Origin: an uncultured Ruminococcus sp.
GTDB taxonomy: Bacteria > Bacillota > Clostridia > Oscillospirales > Acutalibacteraceae
Length of the DNA stretch: 64,000 bases
Assembly (NCBI GenBank): GCA_902771755.1
Contig: CACXYD010000002.1
Span: 912 to 64,911, forward strand
Direction: 5' to 3'
A program made the position numbers and the translations under genes. The notes under the pieces are model-generated. The model was given only the letters and a program-made list of their open reading frames with translations, was not told the DNA's origin and made no database searches. Positions 8,720 to 18,296 of the stretch are shown one piece after another; positions within the stretch are counted from its first letter, which is position 1, and each line of letters begins with the position of its first letter.

Positions 8720-10072
8720 TCAAAAATTCTGTTTGAGAAACTCAACAATGTTTTCAAACTGCATTGAATGTGATGCCTTAACAAGCACAACATCGCCGCT
8801 TTTGATTGTTTTAAGAATTTCGGGTTTTGCATCTTCGATTGTGTCAAACGCTTTGCCGTCTGCACCTTTTGCAAGCTCTTTTGCAAGTTCGCCAACGGTT
8901 ATAACCGTGCCGATACCCTTTGACTTTGCATAAACACCCGTATCAAAATGGAGTTTTAACTCCTCACTTCCGAGTTCTTTCATATCGCCGAGGATAGCAA
9001 CCTTCCTGCCGTCAAGGTTGGAAAGTGTATCGAGGGATGCTCTGACAGATGTCGGATTTGCATTGTAGCAATCGTCAATAATTTTGATTTTGCCTGTGTT
9101 GATAACATTAGCACGACTGCCCACGGTTTTGTATGATGCAACTCCGTTTGCGATTTCTTCATCGGTAAGGCCGAGAATCTTGCCTGCGGCAGCAGCCGCA
9201 AGAGCGTTTGTAACCATATATGTACCGATTGCAGGAATTTCTACATCAATATTTTTATTGTCAAAACAGAGTGTAGCCAAAACCTTGCCGTCACCGCTGT
9301 TCTTGATATTCTTTGCGTAAAAATCGTTCTTTTCAGAAAGTCCGAAGAAAACAGGCTTTTTGCCGTTTACATCCTTAACGGTTGAAAGCTTATCGTCATC
9401 GCCGTTGAGAATGAACTCTGCATTTTCACGGGCATTTTTGAACATCTCGGTTTTTGCCTTGAGAACACCGTCACGGTCACCGAGATTTTCAAGGTGACAT
9501 TCGCCGATGATTGTAAGCACGCAGATTGTGGGCTGAACCATTTCGGAAAGTCTTGTCATTTCGCCGAAATCGGAAATTCCCATTTCGATAACAGCCGCCT
9601 CGGTATCCTCGGGCATTGAAAGAAGTGTGAGCGGAACACCGAGTTCGTTGTTGAGATTGCCCTGTGTTTTGTGAGTTTTGAACTTTTGTGAAAGAACGGC
9701 ATAGAGCATTTCTTTTGTAGAGGTTTTTCCGACACTTCCCGAAATTCCGATAACGGGAATATCGAACTTTTCTCTGTATGCCTTGCCGATTTTCTTAACG
9801 GCATCAAGGGTTGAGGGAACAACAATGCAAGGCTTTGTCGCATTTTCGGGAGCTTTCTCGCACAATGCACACACAGCGCCCTGTGCAAAACATTTTTCGA
9901 TAAAATCGTGTCCGTCAACACGCTCGCCCTTTATGGCAAGGAACAGACTTCCGTCCTTTACCTGTCGGCTGTCACGCTCAACAGAGGTTATTTTTGTGTC
10001 TTTAAGCGATTCATCGCCAACATATTCGCCGCCGCAAGCCTTTGCAATTTCGGCAAGAGTAAAGTCTTTCAT
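8720..10072 (-). CDS. murF: UDP-MurNAc-tripeptide--D-Ala-D-Ala ligase
   Basis: DSR, GSVGKTSTKE, GNLNNELG, EMG, DDCYNANP, LGDMKELG. Confidence 0.96.
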   Translation of the reverse strand: MKDFTLAEIAKACGGEYVGDESLKDTKITSVERDSRQVKDGSLFLAIKGERVDGHDFIEKCFAQGAVCALCEKAPENATKPCIVVPSTLDAVKKIGKAYREKFDIPVIGISGSVGKTSTKEMLYAVLSQKFKTHKTQGNLNNELGVPLTLLSMPEDTEAAVIEMGISDFGEMTRLSEMVQPTICVLTIIGECHLENLGDRDGVLKAKTEMFKNARENAEFILNGDDDKLSTVKDVNGKKPVFFGLSEKNDFYAKNIKNSGDGKVLATLCFDNKNIDVEIPAIGTYMVTNALAAAAAGKILGLTDEEIANGVASYKTVGSRANVINTGKIKIIDDCYNANPTSVRASLDTLSNLDGRKVAILGDMKELGSEELKLHFDTGVYAKSKGIGTVITVGELAKELAKGADGKAFDTIEDAKPEILKTIKSGDVVLVKASHSMQFENIVEFLKQNF

Positions 10073-10084
10073 ACTAACCTCTTA

Positions 10085-11152
10085 TTAAAAATCAGATTTT
10101 TCTTCGGGATATTTTGCAAGTGAAATTTCAATAATCTTTTCGCACAAATCGGGATAGCTTACACCCTCAACAGCCGCCTCCTGAGGAAGAAGGCTTGTAG
10201 GTGTCATACCCGGGAGAGTGTTTGCCTCAAGGCAGTATGTGAAACCGGCCTTGTCAAGAAGGAAGTCGATTCGTGCATAGCTTTCAAGGTGAAGTGCCTC
10301 GTATGCCTCTGTTGCGGCATCACGGAGCTTTTTGTCGGTTTCTTCGTCAATGTCGGCAGGACAGGTTTCAACTGTTGCACCTGCCTGATATTTTGCGGCA
10401 TAATCGTACATTCCCGACTTTGGAGCAATCTCAATTGGCGGAAGAGCTCTGCCGCCGATAAGACCAACGGAAAATTCTCTGCCTGTTACGAACTGCTCAA
10501 CAACAATTTCGTCCTCATACTTGAGGGCCTCTTTAACAGCCTTTTTATACTGGTCGGCATTCTCAACCTTTGACACACCAACGCTTGAACCGCCCGAGCA
10601 AGGCTTAACAATACACGGGAACATATTCCACGCAAGAGCGTCCTTTTCGTTCTTGTAAAGCTCGCCTGAAGGAGTGTTGATATTTTTCTGCATAAACACG
10701 CTTTTTGTAAGACCTTTGTTCATTGCAAGTGCAGAGCCGAGATATCCCGAACCTGTGTACTTGATGCCGAACAAATCAAGTGTTGCCTGCAACTGACCGT
10801 TTTCACCCTCACCGCCGTGAAGTGCAAGGAAAGTGATGTCTGCCTCAGAGCAGATTTCAATTACATTTCTGCCGATATAGCGTGATGTTTTGTCAAGGCG
10901 CTTTTCTTTTGCCTCTTTGATATTTGTGATTGTATTTTCAACATTGTCACCAATTGAATTGCCGTCGGTAAAGCTGTAATTCTGTTTAAAAAGCGCGTCA
11001 ATATCGCAGATGTTTTCTTCATAACCCATAAATACATCGAGTAAAACAACCTCGTGTCCCTTGCTTCTGAGAGCCTCGGCAACAAGTGTGCCTGATGAAA
11101 TTGAAACTTCACGCTCTGTGCTCAGTCCGCCTGCAAGAACAACTATTCTCAT
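10085..11152 (-). CDS. ddl: D-alanine--D-alanine ligase
   Basis: GGLSTEREVS, LHGGEGENG, GSSVG, YDYAAKY, EANTLPGMT. Confidence 0.95.
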   Translation of the reverse strand: MRIVVLAGGLSTEREVSISSGTLVAEALRSKGHEVVLLDVFMGYEENICDIDALFKQNYSFTDGNSIGDNVENTITNIKEAKEKRLDKTSRYIGRNVIEICSEADITFLALHGGEGENGQLQATLDLFGIKYTGSGYLGSALAMNKGLTKSVFMQKNINTPSGELYKNEKDALAWNMFPCIVKPCSGGSSVGVSKVENADQYKKAVKEALKYEDEIVVEQFVTGREFSVGLIGGRALPPIEIAPKSGMYDYAAKYQAGATVETCPADIDEETDKKLRDAATEAYEALHLESYARIDFLLDKAGFTYCLEANTLPGMTPTSLLPQEAAVEGVSYPDLCEKIIEISLAKYPEEKSDF

Positions 11153-11611
11153 ATATATTTCTCCCTCTGAAATGTTTTGTTTTATATTTTTATTTCTTTA
11201 TTCTCTTTAACTCTGTCAGTCTGTTACCTTTTTGAAACAAGACTGTAACCTATATTATAATATTTTATTTTCCCGATTGCAAGCAAAAAAGCAAATTTGT
11301 GGAACAGGGTATTAACACACCGTCCTGCCGTTCAAAAACTGTATAATATTTAATTTTAATACTTTCAACACCTTGGGACAATATGTGAATAAATGTGTTG
11401 AAAATGTTAATGATTTGCTTCAGTTATTCACATTGTGTAAATATACGAATAGTGCTATGCAAATTTGGATAGCTACATTCCTTGAATGAATAATTATAAA
11501 TTTTCGCCCGTATATTTTCATAATGGTGGGTATTGTATAAAAAGGGTACGGTGTTATACAATATTAATTGAAAAAGACAAACCAAAAAACGATTTAATAA
11601 GGATGTAAAAA

Positions 11612-13258
11612 ATGCAGTTATACAAAAATTTCTGTAAAGAAACTACCGATGAAAACGGAAAACTCACAAGCTTTGAACTTGTATTTCCCGAAAATTATAA
11701 CTTTGGCTACGATGTTGTTGACAAAATGGCTGAACTTGCTCCGAATGACACGGCAGTTGTGTGGACAAATCCCGAAAAAGAGGAAAAGATTTTCACATAC
11801 TCCGACATCAGCAGACTGAGCAACAAAGCCGCAAATGTTTTCAGAAATCACGGCATTAAAAAGGGCGACAAGGTGCTTGTTATTTTGAAGAGAAACTACG
11901 AATACTGGTATGTTGCCCCTGCACTTCACAAGCTGGGTGCGGTTATTATTCCCGCAACAAATCTTCTGACTCAAAGCGACATTGCATATCGTGTAAACAC
12001 GGCAGGGATTAAGGCGGCTGTTTGCACTCCCGATGAAACTACCGCCGAAGATATGCTTGCGGTTGCATCTCAGCCGAACACTCTTGAAACGGTTTTTGTC
12101 GCAAGAAAGCAGATTTTTGGTGCGGTTGATTTTACCGAAGAGGTTGAAAACGCTCCAGATACCCTTGAAAGGGTAGAAACAAAAGCAGAAGAGCCTATGG
12201 TAATTTACTTTACATCAGGCACAACAGGCTATCCGAAAGCTGTTGAGCACAACCACATCTACTCACTCGGACACATCATCACGGCAAAATACTGGCAATG
12301 TGTGAAAGAGGGCGGACTTCACCTTACCGTTGCCGAAACAGGCTGGGCAAAAGCGTCTTGGGGCAAAATCTACGGTCAATGGCTCTGCGGTTCTGCCGTT
12401 ATGGTCTATGACTTTGACAAATTCTCTCCCGGCAAGCTGTTGCGTATAATGGAAAAGTACAAGGTGACAACCTTCTGCGCACCTCCGACAGTTTACAGAT
12501 ACTTCATTAAAAGAGGTATGGACAAGTACGACCTTTCGGCACTTTCTCACCTTACAACAGCAGGCGAGGCTCTCAATAATGAAGTCTTTAAAAAGGTGTA
12601 TGAACAAACGGGAATTGAACTTTGCGAGGGATTCGGTCAGACTGAATCAGTTCTTATGCTTGCAAATCTCAAAGGTGACAAGGCGATTGCAGGCTCCATG
12701 GGCAAGCCTACTCCGCTGTATGATGTACGAATTGTTGACGATGAGTGCAACGAGGTCAAGCAGGGTGAAGTTGGCGAAGTTGTTGTGTTCCCGCCAAAAG
12801 GCAGAAAGCAACACGGAATTTTCATCACATATTATAACAACGAAAATCTTTATGAAAAGGTGTGGCAAAACGGTGTTTATCACACGGGCGACACGGCATA
12901 TGAGGATGAAAACGGATATTTCTGGTATGTTGGCAGAACCGATGACCTTATTAAAACAAGAGGTTTCAGAGTAGGCCCGTTTGAAGTTGAAAATGTGATT
13001 ATGCAGTATCCGAATGTGCTTGAATGTGCGGTTATCGGCGTTCCCGACAAGGACAGAGGTCAGGCAATTAAGGCAATTGTTAAAATGACTGACGACACAC
13101 CGCATGATAAGGATCTTGAAAACAAAATTAAAACCTTCTGCAACAAGCGTATGGCAAGCTACAAGTGGATTCAGCACCTTGAAATTGTCGATGAATTTTC
13201 AAAGACAATCAGCGGAAAAATTAAACGAACAGATTTAAGAGAAAAACACAAGGCATAA
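11612..13258 (+). CDS. AMP-forming acyl-CoA synthetase (acetyl/short-chain)
   Basis: YFTSGTTGYPK, GFGQTE, TGD, GRTDD, SGKIKR. Confidence 0.9.
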   Translation: MQLYKNFCKETTDENGKLTSFELVFPENYNFGYDVVDKMAELAPNDTAVVWTNPEKEEKIFTYSDISRLSNKAANVFRNHGIKKGDKVLVILKRNYEYWYVAPALHKLGAVIIPATNLLTQSDIAYRVNTAGIKAAVCTPDETTAEDMLAVASQPNTLETVFVARKQIFGAVDFTEEVENAPDTLERVETKAEEPMVIYFTSGTTGYPKAVEHNHIYSLGHIITAKYWQCVKEGGLHLTVAETGWAKASWGKIYGQWLCGSAVMVYDFDKFSPGKLLRIMEKYKVTTFCAPPTVYRYFIKRGMDKYDLSALSHLTTAGEALNNEVFKKVYEQTGIELCEGFGQTESVLMLANLKGDKAIAGSMGKPTPLYDVRIVDDECNEVKQGEVGEVVVFPPKGRKQHGIFITYYNNENLYEKVWQNGVYHTGDTAYEDENGYFWYVGRTDDLIKTRGFRVGPFEVENVIMQYPNVLECAVIGVPDKDRGQAIKAIVKMTDDTPHDKDLENKIKTFCNKRMASYKWIQHLEIVDEFSKTISGKIKRTDLREKHKA

Positions 13259-13261
13259 AAA

Positions 13262-13295
13262 TAGGGCAATCTTACAGTAAAGTAGGATTGCCTTT
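13262..13295 (+). terminator. Terminator after acyl-CoA synthetase
   Basis: GGCAATCTTAC/GTAGGATTGCC stem followed by TTTG. Confidence 0.6.
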
Positions 13296-13346
13296 GTTAG
13301 TATAGTTTTGTTGTGAATTTGTATCAGTTGCGTGATATATTTCCGC

Positions 13347-13375
13347 TTGAACATAAACAATATATTTGATATAAT
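13347..13375 (+). promoter_or_regulatory. SigA promoter of putative toxin mRNA
   Basis: TTGAAC-17bp-TATAAT with extended TG. Confidence 0.75.
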
Positions 13376-13437
13376 CACTTTATGAGGAAATGGCGGCGGC
13401 TGTTTCAGCTCCCTTATGAGAGGGGGTGTATATTCCA

Positions 13438-13518
13438 ATGGCAGAGATTACATATTTATTTGTACTTGCAATTGTTTTTGTGGCTTTTAGTGAAGTCATT
13501 AAGAATATAAAGAAATAA
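13438..13518 (+). CDS. Putative type I toxin, 26-aa hydrophobic peptide
   Basis: MAEITYLFVLAIVFVAFSEVIKNIKK; one TM helix plus basic tail; GAGGGGG RBS paired with upstream CTCCCT. Confidence 0.75.
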   Translation: MAEITYLFVLAIVFVAFSEVIKNIKK

Positions 13519-13597
13519 CCGCCCTGTGTCGTGAACAGAGCGGTTATCGTTTTAAATAACTTAATCTAACAGCGAAACAGCTAAAGCCGTTTCCTTA
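13505..13597 (-). ncRNA. Putative antisense antitoxin sRNA
   Basis: Convergent promoter TTGACA(13631-13626)-17bp-TAATAT(13608-13603); hairpin ATAACCGC/GCGGTTAT at 13515-13547 followed by U-rich tract on minus strand; ends approximate. Confidence 0.65.
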
Positions 13598-13665
13598 CCT
13601 ATATATTAACATCAAATTTTAATTATGTCAATCTGTTTCGGTGTGCGATTTTGCACACCGATTTT

Positions 13666-14850
13666 TTATTCGTCAAATTCATTGAACATTTCAATTGAAC
13701 GGTCGAGGATTCCACGCATATAGGCTATGGAGATTCCGTAGTTTGTGAACGGAACGCCGCCTTCAATCGAACGGTTCATTCGGCTAACTACCTCTCTTGA
13801 ATTAAGCATACACGCACCGCAATGGATTACAAGTGAAAATTCTGACAAATCGTTTGGAAAGCCTTTGCCTGAGCTTGTCACGATTTCAAAATTTTTGCCT
13901 GTATAATTTTTCAGCAATTGGGGAAGTTTTACCGTGCCGATGTCATCGCATTGTCTGTGGTGGGTACACCCCTCGCTGATGAGAATTTTGTCGCCGTCAT
14001 TAAGCGACTCAATCGCCCTCGCACCGTTTACGGCGGTTTTCAAAAATCCCTTGTACCTCGCCATAAGAATTGAAAACGAGGTTAGTTTGATATCGTTCGG
14101 AACAATCTCCGAAACAAGCTTAAATACCTGACTGTCGGTTATAACAAGTTTCGGCTTTGTGCCGAGATTTTTCAGAGTGTCGGCAAGTTCGCTTTCACGC
14201 ACACATACTGGGATTGCTCCGCTGTCAAGCAAATCACGGATAACCTGCTGTTGCGGAAGAATTATTCTGCCCTTTGGGGCGGCAGAGTCAATCGGGATTA
14301 CAAGCACAACGAAGTCATTTTTATTAACAAGGTCACCGCAAAGTCTTTTGTCAGATTTTTGTGCATTTACGACTTTTGCAATTTTCTCCTTTAAAAGTTC
14401 GATATTCGTATTGTTCTTTGCACTTACAAAGATTTTATCTTCAGTTGTATTATCAAGCAAATCGCACTTGTTGAACACGACAAGATACGGAATTTTCTTC
14501 TCCTCAAAAAGCGACACAAGTTCGTTTTCAACCGAGGTCATTCCGATTGTTCCGTCAACCACAAGCACGGCAATGTCAACACGATTCAACACGGCTTTTG
14601 TGCGTTCAACACGCATTGCGCCGAGAGTTCCCTCGTCATCAAAGCCTGCCGTGTCTATTATCACAACAGGTCCGATCAGGAGAAGTTCCATTGTCTTTTC
14701 CACGGGGTCGGTTGTTGTGCCTTTTTTGTCCGACACAAGCGACATATTTTGATTTGTAATCGCATTTACAACGCTTGATTTTCCTGCATTTCGTCTGCCG
14801 AAAAATCCGATGTGCAGTCGCTCCGATGACGGTGTATCATTCATTCCCAC
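13666..14850 (-). CDS. hydF: [FeFe]-hydrogenase maturation GTPase
   Basis: GRRNAGKSS, GTTTDP, DTAG, NKCD, EGCTHH...HCGAC. Confidence 0.93.
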   Translation of the reverse strand: MGMNDTPSSERLHIGFFGRRNAGKSSVVNAITNQNMSLVSDKKGTTTDPVEKTMELLLIGPVVIIDTAGFDDEGTLGAMRVERTKAVLNRVDIAVLVVDGTIGMTSVENELVSLFEEKKIPYLVVFNKCDLLDNTTEDKIFVSAKNNTNIELLKEKIAKVVNAQKSDKRLCGDLVNKNDFVVLVIPIDSAAPKGRIILPQQQVIRDLLDSGAIPVCVRESELADTLKNLGTKPKLVITDSQVFKLVSEIVPNDIKLTSFSILMARYKGFLKTAVNGARAIESLNDGDKILISEGCTHHRQCDDIGTVKLPQLLKNYTGKNFEIVTSSGKGFPNDLSEFSLVIHCGACMLNSREVVSRMNRSIEGGVPFTNYGISIAYMRGILDRSIEMFNEFDE

Positions 14851-15739
14851 AAAAATCTCCTCCGTTCTGACCGTTTCGATATTTAAGGTAATCTATAAAT
14901 CGTTTTACCGCAGATGATGCCGAAGACTGACTGCGGAGTGCAAGTCCGATTTTACGCTGAGCCAACACAGACAAATCTCTGATTTCGATATCATACGGTA
15001 TTCTTTTGAGTATCAATCTTGGCAAAATTGCAATGCCCTGACCGCTTTCTGCCATTGACATAATAGCATAGTCATCCCATGTTGTAAATTTTATTTTCGG
15101 GTGCAAATTGTATTCTTCGAGAAATTCGGAAATTTCGGTTTTTCCGCCGTGTTCAAGTAGCATAAACGGCTGACCGTTCAAATCATTTGGCTCAATAAGT
15201 TCCTTTTTGGCAAGCGGATGATTTTTTGGTAGGACTACGGCAAGCCTGTCGTCCTCAAGAAAAATTGTGTCAAACTTTCCTTGCGTTGGCAGTCTTAAAA
15301 ATCCGCAGTCAACTCTGCCGTCCTTGAGCCAGTTTTCAATTTCATCATAGTCACCCGTCAGAAGTTCGTATTCAATGTTCGGATAATCCTTTTGAAAGGC
15401 CTTTATAATATTCGGCATCCAATGGGTTGCAACGCTTGAAAAAGTGCCGATTCGGATAATACCCGTTTTGATTTCGTTAATTTCATTTATGCTGTCCTGC
15501 ATCTGCATAAAATCGTCAACAATTTTTCTGACATAGGGCAAAACTTTCAAGCCGTCCGATGTGAGTTCAACACCGTTCCGACTGCGTTCAAGCAGACTTA
15601 AATGCCACTCGTTTTCAAGGTCGGCTATCATTTTGCTGACCGAAGATTGTGCATAAGCGAGTTGTTCCGCCGCTTTTGTAAAGCTTTTGAACTCAACCGT
15701 CTTTACAAAAGCAATGTATTTTTGAATATTAGCGTCCAT
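14837..15739 (-). CDS. LysR-family transcriptional regulator
   Basis: SFTKAAEQLAYAQSSVSKMIADLE HTH; 300 aa; divergent from EamA gene. Confidence 0.95.
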   Translation of the reverse strand: MDANIQKYIAFVKTVEFKSFTKAAEQLAYAQSSVSKMIADLENEWHLSLLERSRNGVELTSDGLKVLPYVRKIVDDFMQMQDSINEINEIKTGIIRIGTFSSVATHWMPNIIKAFQKDYPNIEYELLTGDYDEIENWLKDGRVDCGFLRLPTQGKFDTIFLEDDRLAVVLPKNHPLAKKELIEPNDLNGQPFMLLEHGGKTEISEFLEEYNLHPKIKFTTWDDYAIMSMAESGQGIAILPRLILKRIPYDIEIRDLSVLAQRKIGLALRSQSSASSAVKRFIDYLKYRNGQNGGDFCGNE

Positions 15740-15843
15740 ATATATTCCTTTTTTCGATTTAATTCATCTGATATATTCGCTTTTAATATGTTTTTCGCTG
15801 TGATATGCTGTTCTAAGACACCAAATCAGCGGAGTGAAGTTAT

Positions 15844-16713
15844 ATGAAAAAGAAAATTGCAATGGGAAAATATGTTGCCGGACTGCTCCTGTTCGGACTG
15901 AACGGAGTAATTGCCGAGCAGATAAATCTTCCCAGCTATATGATAGTTTTTCTGCGTACTCTGATAGGAAGTGCGTTTCTGATTGCCGTGTTTCTGATTT
16001 CAAGACAGCGACTGAATCTTAAAGACATTCCAAAAAAGCAGTTGCTTTTCCTCATACTTTCGGGTGTGTCAATGGGAATGAGTTGGATTGTGCTGTATGA
16101 GGCATATCAGCGAACGGGCGTTGGCATAGCCTCAATCGCATACTACTGCGGTCCTGTTATTGTAATGCTGTTGACGCCGTTCATTTTCAAACAGAAAACA
16201 ACAGCAAAGCAGATTGTATGTTTTGCTGTTGTAATTGTCGGAATTTTTATAACCAACCTTTCCGACATATCGACAAATGCCGACACATTCGGACTTATCT
16301 GCGGACTTTTGTCGGCTGTGTTCCACGCACTAATGGTCATTTTCACGGTCAAAGCACCCAACATTACGGGCAACAAAAATTCTATGATTCAGCTGACCGT
16401 CAGCTTTCTGACGGTTGCGATATTCACAATTTTCAGCCAGAAGATTGTTCTTCCAGATTCAATTCCGCAGTGGGGCTGGATTGTCTTTTTGGGAATTGTG
16501 AACACGGGAATCGGCTGTTATCTTTACTTTTCGTCAATTTCGGGATTGTCGGTTCAGTCGGTTTCAATCATCGGCTACCTTGAACCGCTCTCGTCAGTTG
16601 TATTCGCCGTTATACTCCTCGGCGAGCCGATAACCGTTTTGCAGTTTTTCGGAGTTGCAATGATTCTTGCCGGAGCAATCGTTTCGGAAATCAATTTTAA
16701 AAAGAAAGAATAA
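15844..16713 (+). CDS. EamA/DMT family transporter
   Basis: About 10 TM segments, two repeats, YLEPLSS...ILLGE motif. Confidence 0.9.
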   Translation: MKKKIAMGKYVAGLLLFGLNGVIAEQINLPSYMIVFLRTLIGSAFLIAVFLISRQRLNLKDIPKKQLLFLILSGVSMGMSWIVLYEAYQRTGVGIASIAYYCGPVIVMLLTPFIFKQKTTAKQIVCFAVVIVGIFITNLSDISTNADTFGLICGLLSAVFHALMVIFTVKAPNITGNKNSMIQLTVSFLTVAIFTIFSQKIVLPDSIPQWGWIVFLGIVNTGIGCYLYFSSISGLSVQSVSIIGYLEPLSSVVFAVILLGEPITVLQFFGVAMILAGAIVSEINFKKKE

Positions 16714-18153
16714 TCAAAATCTGAAATCTCTTTTATTGTTGTTTCTTATATCAAAGATATGTTCTTTGGCAATGGTGCGGACTTTTTCATTGGGGATTTT
16801 TTCCAGTTCCTGTTCAATCAACTTTTCACCGACATTCCTTGTATCATCGCTTGCATAATCGACAAGATATTCTTCAAGCGTCATCAGGGCATTGGGGTGG
16901 CAACAGTTTTGAATCTGACCGCTCTTGCACAGTGACATAAAGCGGTCGCCTGTTCTGCCCTCACGGTAACAGGCGGTGCAGAATGACGGAATGTAGCCGA
17001 GATTCATAAGCCACCTTACAACCTCGTCAAGACTGCGGTTGTCGGAAACATCAAACTGAGCCGAATTTTCTTCTTCCGATTCGGGTTCGTCATAACCACC
17101 GACGCTTGTGCGTGAGCCTCCGCTAATCTGCGAAATGCCGAGTTCAAGCACCTTTTTACGCACGCTTTCGCTCTCTCGTGTTGAAATAATCATACCCGTG
17201 TAGGGGACTGCAATTCTGATGATTGCGACTATTTTTGCAAAGGTTTCATCGTCAATTCCGTTGTCAAAATCATCGGGATTTATATCGTCAGCCGCCTTGA
17301 TTCGGGGAACGCTGATTGTATGCGGACCGACACCGTGAACAGCCTCAAGATGTTCTGCGTGCATAAGAAGTCCTGCAAGTTCATAGCGGTAGAGTTCAAG
17401 TCCGAAAAGCACACCGATTCCCACATCATCAATACCGCCCTGCATAGCCCTGTCCATTGCCTCGGTGTGATAATTGTAGTTGTGCTTTGGACCTGTGGGG
17501 TGGAGCTGTTCGTAACTCTTTTTATTGTAGGTTTCCTGAAAAAGAATGTATGTGCCGATTCCTGCATCTTTGAGTTTTTTATAATTTTCAACGGTTGTTG
17601 CGGCAATGTTCACATTAACTCGTCTGATTGCACCGTTCTTGTGGTTGACCGAATAAATGGTCTTTATGCAGTCGAGAATGTACTCAATCGGGTTGTTTAC
17701 GGGATCTTCGCCTGCCTCAATTGCAAGGCGCTTGTGACCCATATTCTGAAGTGCGACAACTTCTTTTCTGACCTCATCCTGCGTGAGTTTTTTACGACAG
17801 ATGTGCTTATTTTTTGCGTGATAGGGGCAATAGACACAACCGTTTACGCAGTAGTTTGAAAGATAGAGAGGGGCGAACATAACAATTCTGTCGCCGTAAA
17901 AATCTTTCTTAATCTGACGGGCAAGGTTGTAGATTTCTTCGATTCTCTCCTTGTTGTCACAGGCGAGAAGAACGCTTGCCTCACGGTGGTCAATGCCCTT
18001 TTTAAGCCTTGCTTTTTCGATTATTTTATCGACAAGTTCAAGGTTATTTTTATTTTCGTCGGCAAATTTCAGGGAGTCGAGAATCTCCTCATCATTGATA
18101 AATTCCTCCGCCTTGAGTGAATTTTTATCGTATCTAATCATAATAATCATCAT
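16714..18153 (-). CDS. hydG: [FeFe]-hydrogenase radical SAM maturase
   Basis: CVNGCVYC plus C-terminal CTAC-x22-C auxiliary cluster motif; exact start among 18153/18150/18141 uncertain. Confidence 0.92.
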   Translation of the reverse strand: MMIIMIRYDKNSLKAEEFINDEEILDSLKFADENKNNLELVDKIIEKARLKKGIDHREASVLLACDNKERIEEIYNLARQIKKDFYGDRIVMFAPLYLSNYCVNGCVYCPYHAKNKHICRKKLTQDEVRKEVVALQNMGHKRLAIEAGEDPVNNPIEYILDCIKTIYSVNHKNGAIRRVNVNIAATTVENYKKLKDAGIGTYILFQETYNKKSYEQLHPTGPKHNYNYHTEAMDRAMQGGIDDVGIGVLFGLELYRYELAGLLMHAEHLEAVHGVGPHTISVPRIKAADDINPDDFDNGIDDETFAKIVAIIRIAVPYTGMIISTRESESVRKKVLELGISQISGGSRTSVGGYDEPESEEENSAQFDVSDNRSLDEVVRWLMNLGYIPSFCTACYREGRTGDRFMSLCKSGQIQNCCHPNALMTLEEYLVDYASDDTRNVGEKLIEQELEKIPNEKVRTIAKEHIFDIRNNNKRDFRF

Positions 18154-18296
18154 AGCCTTTCAGGCAACAAACAGTTTATTAAAAACCACCTAATTAACCT
18201 GCGTTGCCTGAGCAGGCGTAAATGGTGATTCCAGCCATCTCAAAATTATGCCAAAGGCAAATTTTGAGGGCAATATAATTATAATAGTGTGATTTT

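Noticed and set aside
10085-11152. Van-type D-Ala-D-Lac ligase
   Set aside because: YDYxxKY omega loop is D-Ala-D-Ala type; the gene is paired with murF and has no van genes
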